A stretch of DNA of 56,570 nt from an uncultured Methanosarcinales archaeon (GTDB lineage: Archaea > Nanobdellota > Nanobdellia > Woesearchaeales > ARS49): NCBI GenBank assembly GCA_964572035.1, contig CAZNDX010000005.1, positions 1 through 56,570 of the forward strand, written 5' to 3'. Within the stretch, counting starts at the first letter, position 1. Each line of letters starts with the position of its first letter. The position numbers and the translations under genes were made by a program. Below, in pieces: positions 35,550 through 44,892 of this stretch. The notes beneath the pieces are model-generated. The model was not told the origin of the DNA, searched no databases, and saw only the letters and a program-made list of their open reading frames with translations.

Positions 35550-36012
35550 TCACCTGCATTATTCCAAAGTCGTACGCGTCGCGAAGGGGATTGTAAATTA
35601 GTATGGGATTTTTGTTTGTCAAGTTTTGGCTGTATTCGTTCGGTATATTGTTGTACAAAATTAGGGGCGTTCCCTGTGGATAAATTGGTTGTATTGTTAT
35701 TGTGCTGTATCCGAATTCTGGGAAATATTGCTCGAGTGTTTGTTGTTCTGTTAATAATTTTGAAAAGACGTTTAGTTTGAACGCGTCCACGCAGTTGTCT
35801 CGTTGTGTTACAAGGAATGAGCAGTCTAGTTCAGGTAAGTTCAGAGCCCTTAACGTCATTTGGTATGCGTATTGGTCTTGTGCTTCTCTTTTTTCTTTTT
35901 CTACCGCGCTTGTTTGTGATGCGAAATAAAATGAAATTCCTGCGAATAATAGTACAAAAAACACGACAAGAACTCCGATGGTTTCAAACATCTTTACTTG
36001 GCCCCTCATCAA
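35536..36012 (-). CDS. Pilin-like protein (MRG|QVKMFETI)
   Basis: Class III leader, +1 Gln, hydrophobic helix, ELDCS...CVD. ATGA overlap. Confidence 0.8.
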   Translation of the reverse strand: MMRGQVKMFETIGVLVVFFVLLFAGISFYFASQTSAVEKEKREAQDQYAYQMTLRALNLPELDCSFLVTQRDNCVDAFKLNVFSKLLTEQQTLEQYFPEFGYSTITIQPIYPQGTPLILYNNIPNEYSQNLTNKNPILIYNPLRDAYDFGIMQVNVYA

Positions 36013-37121
36013 AACACCTCTGGGCAGCTTTGTTGGAGGAGTTTTCTATTTTCGGTGCCTAATCTGTTTTTCAAAAGGTCTAATGAATTAACGTCAAGTT
36101 GTCCCAGCGATGAACTTGCCATTCTGTTTTGTTGGCATAACAAATCAATTATGCTTCCAGGTATCGCGTTTTGACAAATGTCAATGTTTGGGCTTTGGCA
36201 GATTGTTATTGGCGCTCCGAAGAGACATCCGCCTTCTGTTTCTGTGCAGAGTGTTTCTTTTTGTATTTCAGCCGCCCTGTACGCTAATACTTTTGATGTT
36301 GTTGCGAGTTTTCCTAGCGCGTTTTCTATTCCGCAGGTATACATTGCTCCGTCTTGTGCGAAGATTGCTGCGTATATGCTTGTCAGTCCGATGTGCCTTT
36401 GTATGTCGTTTTCTTGGAATGTGTTTTGTCTTGTTGTTTTTGACAGGAATGTTATTGTTGTTTCACCAACTTGTATCGCTTGTGCCGCGATTCTATTAAA
36501 GTCCGTAGGAACTGTTGGATTTGTTTGTATGAATATGAATTTGTGTTCAAAGTCTTCCGCTTCCAAATTGGATAATTCTCCTACTGTGACATTCTGATAA
36601 TTGAATTGTGTTATTGTCTCATTATTTTGAACAATTGAGGGAGGTATGTTTCTGGTTAGTTCAGAATGCAGTTTTACACTATTGCTTTTTTGCGGATCGT
36701 AAACCAAATAGTATTTGTGCTCTGGGTTTGTTAAAAACAAAAAGTTTGTAACTCTGTATGGCTGTTCCCATTCCATGCTCCAGATGAAAGTATCCTGCCC
36801 TCTAATTAGTTCAGGAGAAAATATCGGCAAATTAAATTGTCTTTGGGCGTTGTCTATTTGGAATGCGCAGTCGCATCCTTGTGTGCAGCTGAATCCTATT
36901 CCTTGTCTTGGTGTTGGTATGTGCTGGGCTGTTCCGCCTTTTAGTTGGCTTTTCGCGAGGATGTCGTCAACTTGTGAAAGCACTGTATATTGCAGTCTTT
37001 CCTGCCCTACTGCTCGTTGTTTTAGGGCGAATGAAAAGAAGAATCCCAGAATGAGAGCGCCGGCAATTAATATAAATATCCAGTGAAATTGCATTTCCAC
37101 CGCTTTTTTGTTTATTGCCAT
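36009..37121 (-). CDS. Large pilin-like protein (KKA|VEMQFHWIF)
   Basis: Class III leader, hydrophobic helix, 330-aa soluble domain with Cys clusters. Confidence 0.78.
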   Translation of the reverse strand: MAINKKAVEMQFHWIFILIAGALILGFFFSFALKQRAVGQERLQYTVLSQVDDILAKSQLKGGTAQHIPTPRQGIGFSCTQGCDCAFQIDNAQRQFNLPIFSPELIRGQDTFIWSMEWEQPYRVTNFLFLTNPEHKYYLVYDPQKSNSVKLHSELTRNIPPSIVQNNETITQFNYQNVTVGELSNLEAEDFEHKFIFIQTNPTVPTDFNRIAAQAIQVGETTITFLSKTTRQNTFQENDIQRHIGLTSIYAAIFAQDGAMYTCGIENALGKLATTSKVLAYRAAEIQKETLCTETEGGCLFGAPITICQSPNIDICQNAIPGSIIDLLCQQNRMASSSLGQLDVNSLDLLKNRLGTENRKLLQQSCPEVF

Positions 37122-37609
37122 GCGCTGATTTTTGCTTTTCTTCCTGTGCCTTCAAGTTTTAGCGTGACGCCGTTGTTGTTTGGAACGCAGACGTATCCTC
37201 CGTCTACTGTTATTTCAGTCATGGAGAGTCCTGGTGTCCTTGGCACTGTGAATACGTTTTCGCTTCCTGCTTTGCAGGCGTCTATTCCCCATAGTACTTT
37301 TGTGTCTTGGTTTGGTTCAGGTAAATTTGCATCTGTTAAGCTTCCGCAGGTTTCGTAATCAAAGAAGCATATTGCGTCATATTCCGCGGGCAGTTTCAAA
37401 ATTAGTTTGCGAATGCTTCCTTGGCTTCTTTTAATGCCCTCCACCGCGACGTCTAGGTCTGTTTTTATATCTACCATTACAACTTCCTGCTGTCGTTCCA
37501 AAAAATAGCTGACTGCTTTGTAGCCGTAGGAAATAATTAGTACGAAAATTAGTCCCGCGAGTATGAATATGAATACTTGTCCTATCATTTCTGCTTTATT
37601 TTTTGCCAT
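37112..37609 (-). CDS. Pilin-like protein (NKA|EMIGQVFIF)
   Basis: Class III leader, hydrophobic helix, 4 Cys. Confidence 0.78.
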   Translation of the reverse strand: MAKNKAEMIGQVFIFILAGLIFVLIISYGYKAVSYFLERQQEVVMVDIKTDLDVAVEGIKRSQGSIRKLILKLPAEYDAICFFDYETCGSLTDANLPEPNQDTKVLWGIDACKAGSENVFTVPRTPGLSMTEITVDGGYVCVPNNNGVTLKLEGTGRKAKISAWQ

Positions 37610-40600
37610 GCCCGTATCGTTTTAGTTCTTGTTCGAATTCTTTTTTGTGTTCTTCGTAATATTCTGCGGTAATTTTGAGTTTTCTGAACAATTCTTCTAT
37701 TTCTTTTTTAGTTAGGGCTCCTTCATGCAATAACTTAAGTTTTTCAAGGAGTTCTTTTCTTTCTTGCCTGCCTGTTTCCTCAAGTATTGCGTGTAATCTT
37801 TCTATTGGGTCTTTTGATGTTTCTTTTTTGGCGAGTTTTCGCAATCTTTCGAGCGCCGCTTCGAATTTTTTGGGTGGTATTGGTTTTTTCTTGATTTGTT
37901 TTTCAAGGTCTATCCAGTCTTTTTCCTCGAGGTCTTCTTTTTTAGCGAAGGTTCTTAGTTTGTCTAATTCTTCTGTTTTTGTGTATTCTGGTTGTTCTTT
38001 TCTTTGCGCTTTTGTTTCTTCTTTTGGTTTTGGCAAGTGTTGGTAGAGTAAGTATGCTCCTATTCCAACTCCTGCTATGGCGAACAATATCATTAATACT
38101 TTGAGGGCTCCGAGTATTATGCTTGGCGGGTGGCTTTTTGGATTGAGCGGGTCTGTTCCTTCTTCAACTTCTTTTCCGTCGTTCCATCTGTCTTTGTCCG
38201 TGTCTCGCAGGGCAGGGTTTGTGCGGAGGTCGTATTCTTGTTTGTTTGTTAGTCCGTCTTTGTCAAAGTCTGTTCCTTCGGCCGCTTCCGCGCAGTCTAT
38301 GCATCCGAAGTGGTCTAGTCTCCATTTGTCGTCTATTGTGTCTCCGAGGCTGAAGGTTTGTGATAGTCCGCATCCTTTTTCATCAACTTGTTCCCCTACT
38401 GGTGTTCCGAGGCACGCGTCGAATGGGTCGTATATTCCGTCGTAGTCTTCGTCGCCTACTGGTTTATCTGTGCAAATGTTGAATTGTATGTCGCACTTTA
38501 GTCCGTCCGCGCAGTCTTCGTTGACTTCACAGGCGCTCTTTGCCGGGCATAGAGTTGGGCACGCTCTTCCGCAATCCACTCCTGCTTCTCCGACATCGAG
38601 TTGTCCGTTGCTGCAGTGGCTTGCGTCTTCGCAAACTTTGCTGTCGTATCCGCAATATCCTGTTTCACAGTCGGAGTGTAATATGCATTCTTGTCCTTGC
38701 GTGCAGGCGCTGCAGGTTGTTCCTCCGCAGTCTACGTCTGTTTCGAATCCGTTTTTAACTTCGTCATCGCACACCGCTAGTGTGCATACGTCGTTTACAC
38801 AGCTGTTTGTTTCGCAGTCGCCGTCAACAACGCACGCTTTTCCTATCGCGCAGGATGAGCATTCGCTTCCGCCGCAGTCTTCGTCTGTTTCGTTTCCGTC
38901 AACATCCCCGTTAACGCAGGCGGCCGGTTCAAGTGTTACGTCTATTGTAACTCCGTCGCTTTCCATCTCCTCGCTGATGAGTCCTACTTTGTTTACCGCC
39001 TTTACTTTGAAAATGTACGTGCGCCCGTTGACCAAATTGAGTGGTCCGCCGTCGTTTCGTGTTCTTATGTAAGTGTAATTTCCGTCTGTTACGTTGCTGA
39101 CTAGATTACTGACAATCAATTGTCTGTTGTTTCTGTCTTGTATTGTAACAAGGTAATGGTCTATTGATGACTCTAAATCGTTTCCTTTGAATGCTGCTCG
39201 TAGTTTTGTTTTGCTCCACGATAGTTCTGGGTCTTCAAATGGTCCGTCGTCGAGCACGTATTCCATTGTTGGTGGTGTTGTATCTACCAGTACTGGTATT
39301 GTTATTGGTCCGACTTTTTCTTGTGTGCTTGGCTGCACGCAGGATACGAAGTATGTGTGTTCTCCTTCTCCTGCGACCTGTATTGGTTGCCATTGAACGT
39401 AATCTGCCGAGCAAGACCCCATGCACGTGCTTTGGTCGTCTTCTTGTGTTCCAAAGTAGCAGAATGTTCTTTTGTTTGACGCGACTCCTATTGTTACGTT
39501 TGTCGTGCTGAATCCTCTTGGTGTTACGCTTGTTATGTTGAGGTCCAAGCTGAGGTCCACAACGACGTCAAATTCAGCGGGCTCAGAGACTAGTTGGTTT
39601 GTCGCTTTGCAGGATATGTAGTATCTGTATGTTCTTTCTTCTGTTACGTTGATTTGTGCGCTGTGTGTTGTTTTTGGTACTAAATCATATCCCGGGAACT
39701 GTCCTGTCATTTGTGAGAATTGTGATGTTGTTGTGCTGTATTTGCAGAATCCTGGTTTGTCAAGTTCTACTTTCATTGTTGTGACGTACAGGTCTTTGTC
39801 CGGGAGATATTTCTCGGCAATGATTGGTGGCTCTGCTATTACGCGTTTGATTACGGGCGGTTCCGTATCGAGTGTTATGGTGAATGTTTTTTGGTTTATT
39901 CCCCAGTTTGTTCTGCAGTACGCGTGCAGTTGCGCGCTTTCTACTCCGCTTGGTATTGTTAGTTGTTGTGATGTGTGTTTGTTTCCTGCGTCGGTGAATT
40001 TTTGGAATAGGTCGAAATCGCTTGCGTTTGGCGCTGTTGGCGTATTGTATATGTATGCGCATTCCGCTGGCAGTTCTGTTTCTATTTCGGCGATGAATTG
40101 TGAGGTGTTTGCAGAGCCGAATGGAGGCACGGTCATTCGCATGTCTGGGGCTCTTGTTGCCATGTAGAATTGTGTTCTTGCTTCTATTGGCAAATTGTTG
40201 TAGCCTCGTGCGTAAACGTGTATTGCGTTTGTTCCTCCGCTTATGTTTCCTACGCGCGCTTTGTAGTTTATTTTATCCGTGCTGGTCAGGACTGGTTTTA
40301 TGCTTCGTGGTGTTTCAAGTATTGAGAAGTCTAAGTATCTCATTGATATTACGTCAGCTACATCGAGTTGTACAGGTTTGCTGAAAGTTAGATTGACATC
40401 AATCTGAGAAGTGTTTAGTATCGCGTTCGCGGGTTGTATTGTTACTGTTGGCGCGACATTGTCTACGATTAGCGTGTATGTTGGTCCAGGTGGTGTGAAG
40501 AATATGTTTTTGTCATTTTTGCCGTTGAAACCGAATGTATACGTTCCTAATGTTAGAGTTGGAGCGGCAAATGTGTGGCTTAGTTGCATTCCTGATGTTT

Positions 40601-42626
40601 GTTGCGTGAATGATGGGTTTCCTGGCCCCTGCAATTGAAGGAATGTTATTTCTGTTGGCACGTCAAAAGTTACAGTTATTACCGGTGAGAAACTGCTTGT
40701 GTATATTGTGTTGTTTAGCGCTGCCCCGTCTGTTATTGTCAAGTTCAATATTTGTGGTCCGTTGCACGCTGCGCAGGCGAAGAATGTTACTGTTTTCACA
40801 ACTTCAATGTTGTTGTGGTTGTCTCTGCTGTAATAGTATAGCGTGTTTGTTCCTTCTGGCAGTGTTGTAAGTGTTGTTTGTCCTTGTTTTAGCTGTCTGT
40901 TGCTGATTATTAGTTCGTTTGCGCTGACTTGTATTGGGTATGTTTTTGCGTTGTTGCAGTTTGTTGTGGTGTTTTGTACGCAGAGGTATGTTGTGAAGTT
41001 TGGCTGTCCTGCGTAGTCTTGTGTTGCTCCGCTTGTTGTTTGTTGGTCGAATATTTTGATGATGAGTTTGTCTATTTTTCCTGCGATTCCTGTTGGTATT
41101 ATTGTGGTTTCTGGTGGGAAATAATCGCGCTCGCAGGTGTAATCTCCCGCTGGGCAGTCTTTGAATGGGTCTCCTGTTGTTCCGTCGGCGTTTTTGACGC
41201 ATCCTGCGGTGTCTGACCATTGGCATACTCCGATTCCGCATTGGTCTGAGCTGGTTACAACGACTGAATTGTCCGTTCCAAGTTGCACTCCTCCTGAAGG
41301 TGAGCCACATTGCATTTGTGTGTAATCTGCGCACGATACTTGTTCGCAGGTTTTCGCTTGTTTCAAGTTTCTGTCAAAGAAGCAGGGGTTGTCTTGTGTG
41401 CTTAGCGCTTCGCTTTTTTGTTCTGTGCACGCGTCCCATATTGTGCTGGTTACTTGTGTTGTTTCTACTCCTGTTGTTCCGTTTTTGGCGCAGAATATGC
41501 AGTTGCTTGCCTGTTGGTCGATGCATACTCCTATCCCCAAATCAGCAAACACGCTGTTCCATTGGCAGTCTCCTGCGTTGCAATTGTCTCGTTGGCACGC
41601 TCCTTGTGTTTTGTAGTCGGCGCACGCCATTTGTTGTTTGCACGCGTAGCATTTGTTTGTTGGTCCTAGGCTTTTGTCAAAGAAGCAATAAGAGTTTGTT
41701 TCGCAGGTTGAGGATGATGAGTATAGTCCGAATGGGTCGCCTGTATCGCATGCTGTGGGGCTTACGCATTTTGGTCCTTGTTCATCGGCGACGCAGTATT
41801 CTCCTGTTGTGCACGCGACTCCTGCGCTTGTTAGCTTGTTTTGCGCGTTGCATTGGTATGCCTTATTCAACTTGCCTGCGAATACGCTGTTTACTGTTCC
41901 GGTGAATTGCGTGTTGAATCCGCTGCCGCTTATTCCACCGTATCCAAACGTTGTCAGATACGTTCGATATTTTTCATAATAACTTGAGCTGATGCAGAAC
42001 GCGTTGCTTGATTGTTGGTAGCATTCTATGTCTCCAGCGTTTCCTGTTGCTGTTGTGTTTGCGCTGTTTCCTGCAAGTTGGTAGTATGCTGATATCGCGT
42101 AAGTGTAGTCGACGTTGAATTCGAGGTTTGCGTCGTTGTCAATGAATTGCCCTGTTGGTTGTCCTTGTGTTATTGTTTGTGTTGGCGTGCAGGATGTTCC
42201 TTTGCATCGGTATATTGTGACGTAGTCTGGTGTGCATGCGGTTGTATAAGTTAGCAGGAGTGATTTTTGCGCGCGAACTGGTGAAACGGAAAGTGTTGGT
42301 GCCGGCGCGTAATTGGGGCTTCCGCATCCTGATATTACCGCGCAGTCTTGGGCGCAGTTTGTTGCTGTTTCTCCTGTTTCGCAGATGTTGTTTCCGCAAA
42401 CCGGCTGGCTTGGCTGATATCCTTGCGCTCCGCAGAATTGTGAGCAGGTTTGTGATGAGTTTGTTGGGACGCCAAATATGTATGTTGCTGGACAGCTTGA
42501 TTGTGGCATGAAGCTTCCGTTTTTCGTGACTGGGTCGCAGCAGCATCCGACGGATTGCGCGCTGACTATTGCTGAAAGCGCCAGTGTTAATGCGATGCAT
42601 ATTCCTATTGTTATTGCGGTGCGCAT
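37596..42626 (-). CDS. Giant Cys-rich single-pass surface protein (1676 aa), putative adhesin
   Basis: Sec signal (IVSA|Q), Cys-rich modules, several Ig/FN3-like repeats (DTEPP, DTTPP, DNVAP), three E(T/A)(D/G)xDCG repeats, Ca-binding DxDxDG repeats, C-terminal TM and charged cytoplasmic tail. Confidence 0.85.
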   Translation of the reverse strand: MRTAITIGICIALTLALSAIVSAQSVGCCCDPVTKNGSFMPQSSCPATYIFGVPTNSSQTCSQFCGAQGYQPSQPVCGNNICETGETATNCAQDCAVISGCGSPNYAPAPTLSVSPVRAQKSLLLTYTTACTPDYVTIYRCKGTSCTPTQTITQGQPTGQFIDNDANLEFNVDYTYAISAYYQLAGNSANTTATGNAGDIECYQQSSNAFCISSSYYEKYRTYLTTFGYGGISGSGFNTQFTGTVNSVFAGKLNKAYQCNAQNKLTSAGVACTTGEYCVADEQGPKCVSPTACDTGDPFGLYSSSSTCETNSYCFFDKSLGPTNKCYACKQQMACADYKTQGACQRDNCNAGDCQWNSVFADLGIGVCIDQQASNCIFCAKNGTTGVETTQVTSTIWDACTEQKSEALSTQDNPCFFDRNLKQAKTCEQVSCADYTQMQCGSPSGGVQLGTDNSVVVTSSDQCGIGVCQWSDTAGCVKNADGTTGDPFKDCPAGDYTCERDYFPPETTIIPTGIAGKIDKLIIKIFDQQTTSGATQDYAGQPNFTTYLCVQNTTTNCNNAKTYPIQVSANELIISNRQLKQGQTTLTTLPEGTNTLYYYSRDNHNNIEVVKTVTFFACAACNGPQILNLTITDGAALNNTIYTSSFSPVITVTFDVPTEITFLQLQGPGNPSFTQQTSGMQLSHTFAAPTLTLGTYTFGFNGKNDKNIFFTPPGPTYTLIVDNVAPTVTIQPANAILNTSQIDVNLTFSKPVQLDVADVISMRYLDFSILETPRSIKPVLTSTDKINYKARVGNISGGTNAIHVYARGYNNLPIEARTQFYMATRAPDMRMTVPPFGSANTSQFIAEIETELPAECAYIYNTPTAPNASDFDLFQKFTDAGNKHTSQQLTIPSGVESAQLHAYCRTNWGINQKTFTITLDTEPPVIKRVIAEPPIIAEKYLPDKDLYVTTMKVELDKPGFCKYSTTTSQFSQMTGQFPGYDLVPKTTHSAQINVTEERTYRYYISCKATNQLVSEPAEFDVVVDLSLDLNITSVTPRGFSTTNVTIGVASNKRTFCYFGTQEDDQSTCMGSCSADYVQWQPIQVAGEGEHTYFVSCVQPSTQEKVGPITIPVLVDTTPPTMEYVLDDGPFEDPELSWSKTKLRAAFKGNDLESSIDHYLVTIQDRNNRQLIVSNLVSNVTDGNYTYIRTRNDGGPLNLVNGRTYIFKVKAVNKVGLISEEMESDGVTIDVTLEPAACVNGDVDGNETDEDCGGSECSSCAIGKACVVDGDCETNSCVNDVCTLAVCDDEVKNGFETDVDCGGTTCSACTQGQECILHSDCETGYCGYDSKVCEDASHCSNGQLDVGEAGVDCGRACPTLCPAKSACEVNEDCADGLKCDIQFNICTDKPVGDEDYDGIYDPFDACLGTPVGEQVDEKGCGLSQTFSLGDTIDDKWRLDHFGCIDCAEAAEGTDFDKDGLTNKQEYDLRTNPALRDTDKDRWNDGKEVEEGTDPLNPKSHPPSIILGALKVLMILFAIAGVGIGAYLLYQHLPKPKEETKAQRKEQPEYTKTEELDKLRTFAKKEDLEEKDWIDLEKQIKKKPIPPKKFEAALERLRKLAKKETSKDPIERLHAILEETGRQERKELLEKLKLLHEGALTKKEIEELFRKLKITAEYYEEHKKEFEQELKRYGHGKK

Positions 42627-43789
42627 AGTGTTACGGTTAGTGTGATTTGTTGGTAGTCCGCGCTTTTTGCTGGATGCGTGTCGTGCGCGTAAATTTGGAC
42701 TATTTTTTGTGGTATATCGTTTGCGCTTATTTCAATGGCTTGCGCGTCGTTTATGCTGAATGTTGTTGTGTCGTTGTCTGGATCGTTTGCTTTGAGTTGT
42801 ATTGTTGTGAAGGATTCGCACGGCTGTTGCGCCGATAGCTGGTTTCCGCTTATTCGTAGCGTTGTTGTTCCGCTTGGCGGAACGTAAATTGTGTCTGCGT
42901 TTTCTATAAACCATAGAGCTGGCGCTCTGTTTTGTCGTTTTATCGTGAAAGAATAAGGTATTCCTTGGACTGTGCTTGTTGTGTCTGTTAAGATTATGTT
43001 GCTTCCTTTTTCTGTTGTTTTTGTTTCAATTACAAATGGCAGTTGTGTTGTTGGTTCGTATGTTATGTCTGTTACGTCTGCGTCGGCGTACTCTTTTGCG
43101 GTGTAATACATTGTTCCTAATCTCACTGGCAGTCTTGCGCTGAACTTTTCGAATTGTGCTGTGTTTCCGTCCAAGTTTGTTGCTTTAATGTTCCAATTTA
43201 GCTCAATTGTTAGTGCTTGTTCTGTTTTCAATTGCTCGATATTTTGCGCAAAAATTAGAGTAACTGCTGGTTCTCCTGCAATTATTTCGTATAAATCGAA
43301 TTGCGCGAAGTTTGTGCATTCCGGTAGTTTGGTTTCAATGTAGTGTTCTAAATTCTCGCTGACTGATGTTTGACCTTGTGAAGGATTTAATGGCGGCAAG
43401 TTATTGATGCCATAGTATCCTTCAAATGTTGTTTCTCCTCCTCTAAATGGATAGGTTTGGAATGGATACTCTGGCGGTGTGCTGTAAAAGAATGTTCCTA
43501 CGTTTCCGACTGGCGGAGTGATTGTGATGCTTGTTTCTTGGAGGCTATCAGATGTGAGTCCTCCTTGGTTTTCAAAGATGTGTCCTCCCTGCTTTCCGAG
43601 TAAAATTAATCCTTCTTCTGTTGTTTGTCTTAAGCAGGATGTCACTGTTTCTTCTATTTCTTCTGCACTGATGGTTTTCGCTGTTGCCAGTTCTTTTTTT
43701 ACCGTTCCTGCGACGTATATCGCGATTCCTAAAGAAACAACTATCAATAATCCGATGATGATGAAAATAGTTATTTGCCCGCGTTTCAT
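42611..43789 (-). CDS. Large pilin-like protein (KRG|QITIFIIIG)
   Basis: Class III leader, +1 Gln, hydrophobic helix, and a C-terminal Ig/cadherin-like segment (NRAP...ANDPDNDTTTF). Confidence 0.8.
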   Translation of the reverse strand: MKRGQITIFIIIGLLIVVSLGIAIYVAGTVKKELATAKTISAEEIEETVTSCLRQTTEEGLILLGKQGGHIFENQGGLTSDSLQETSITITPPVGNVGTFFYSTPPEYPFQTYPFRGGETTFEGYYGINNLPPLNPSQGQTSVSENLEHYIETKLPECTNFAQFDLYEIIAGEPAVTLIFAQNIEQLKTEQALTIELNWNIKATNLDGNTAQFEKFSARLPVRLGTMYYTAKEYADADVTDITYEPTTQLPFVIETKTTEKGSNIILTDTTSTVQGIPYSFTIKRQNRAPALWFIENADTIYVPPSGTTTLRISGNQLSAQQPCESFTTIQLKANDPDNDTTTFSINDAQAIEISANDIPQKIVQIYAHDTHPAKSADYQQITLTVTLCAPQ

Positions 43790-44892
43790 GGAATCACCCG
43801 CAGGCGTGTTGTTTGGTTCCAGTTTTGTACGAGTCCTGATGGTCCTGTTTGGAAGTATTGTGATACGGTCAGAATTTCATTTGTTGTTTGTTTGCAGTTT
43901 GCGTTTCCTCCGTATGGTACGAATAGATTGTTGCATATGTTTGAGAACAATGGAATGTTGGTTATGTGCCATCCTGCGAATTCTTTTTGCGCTGCTCCCC
44001 ATGGTCCTACTTTGAATGTGTAGAATTGTTTGTTTCCATTTTTGGCGACGTAAACTTGTTTATAGTTTGGCGTGTTATTGAATAGTTCGTAATTAAACAG
44101 CGAGCTTGTTGCGTCGTGTACTTCTGTAAATACGTAGTTGTTGAGTTGGTTGTATGACGCGCTTAGAATATTTTTGGCCGTGGCTGTTGCTTGAGGTATT
44201 GTTGTGACAACTGGTCCGTTGATTATGCTTTGCGTGTCGTGGTTGTACCATATGTTGTTTCCGCATAGGTCGTAGTCGTTGTCAAAGTTTTTGGCGCTGT
44301 TGCAGTATGACGTTGGCTGATTTAATGCTTTTAGTATGCTTTTGTCCGCTCCATCAACCGGGTAGTTCAGGCTTGTTCCTACGATTGTGTTTGTGCCGTA
44401 ATGAAGTACGCATACGTTGTTTATGCACGGGCGTGATACTGTTGTGCTCATTGGGCAGCTTCCGATTACGAGTGGAGCGACTTGTCCGTATGTCGTTGTG
44501 TATTGATATCTGTTTAGAACTTCCTGCGGTTTGTCGCAATACAAGGCAAAGTCTGAAGGAGTTTGCGATAACCCAATTGTCAGCATTGTTTCTGCGAGCA
44601 GTTTTGTTCGCGATGCCCATTTTCCTAGGTCGCAGTAATCGTCAAGCAAATATTGGCCGCTCATTATGCATTTTGGTTTGTCGTTGTTTGTTTGTCCTGT
44701 CCAATATCTGTCTGGGAAATTGTCATTGGCAGGATTGCAGCTTGGACAGATGAGGCATTGGTTCGCTGTCGCGCAAAAATTTCCTTGTTCTGGAATAAAA
44801 TTTGGAGTGTGTCTTACGTCTACTTGTACCCAGCTTGCCGCGTAGGCTGAAGTTGCTAAAAGTAGGAGGAGGAAAATTGTTTTTATGGGCAT
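43786..44892 (-). CDS. Cys-rich secreted protein (~368 aa)
   Basis: Sec signal MPIKTIFLLLLLATSAYA. Start moved from 45009, which lies inside the upstream gene. Confidence 0.78.
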   Translation of the reverse strand: MPIKTIFLLLLLATSAYAASWVQVDVRHTPNFIPEQGNFCATANQCLICPSCNPANDNFPDRYWTGQTNNDKPKCIMSGQYLLDDYCDLGKWASRTKLLAETMLTIGLSQTPSDFALYCDKPQEVLNRYQYTTTYGQVAPLVIGSCPMSTTVSRPCINNVCVLHYGTNTIVGTSLNYPVDGADKSILKALNQPTSYCNSAKNFDNDYDLCGNNIWYNHDTQSIINGPVVTTIPQATATAKNILSASYNQLNNYVFTEVHDATSSLFNYELFNNTPNYKQVYVAKNGNKQFYTFKVGPWGAAQKEFAGWHITNIPLFSNICNNLFVPYGGNANCKQTTNEILTVSQYFQTGPSGLVQNWNQTTRLRVIP

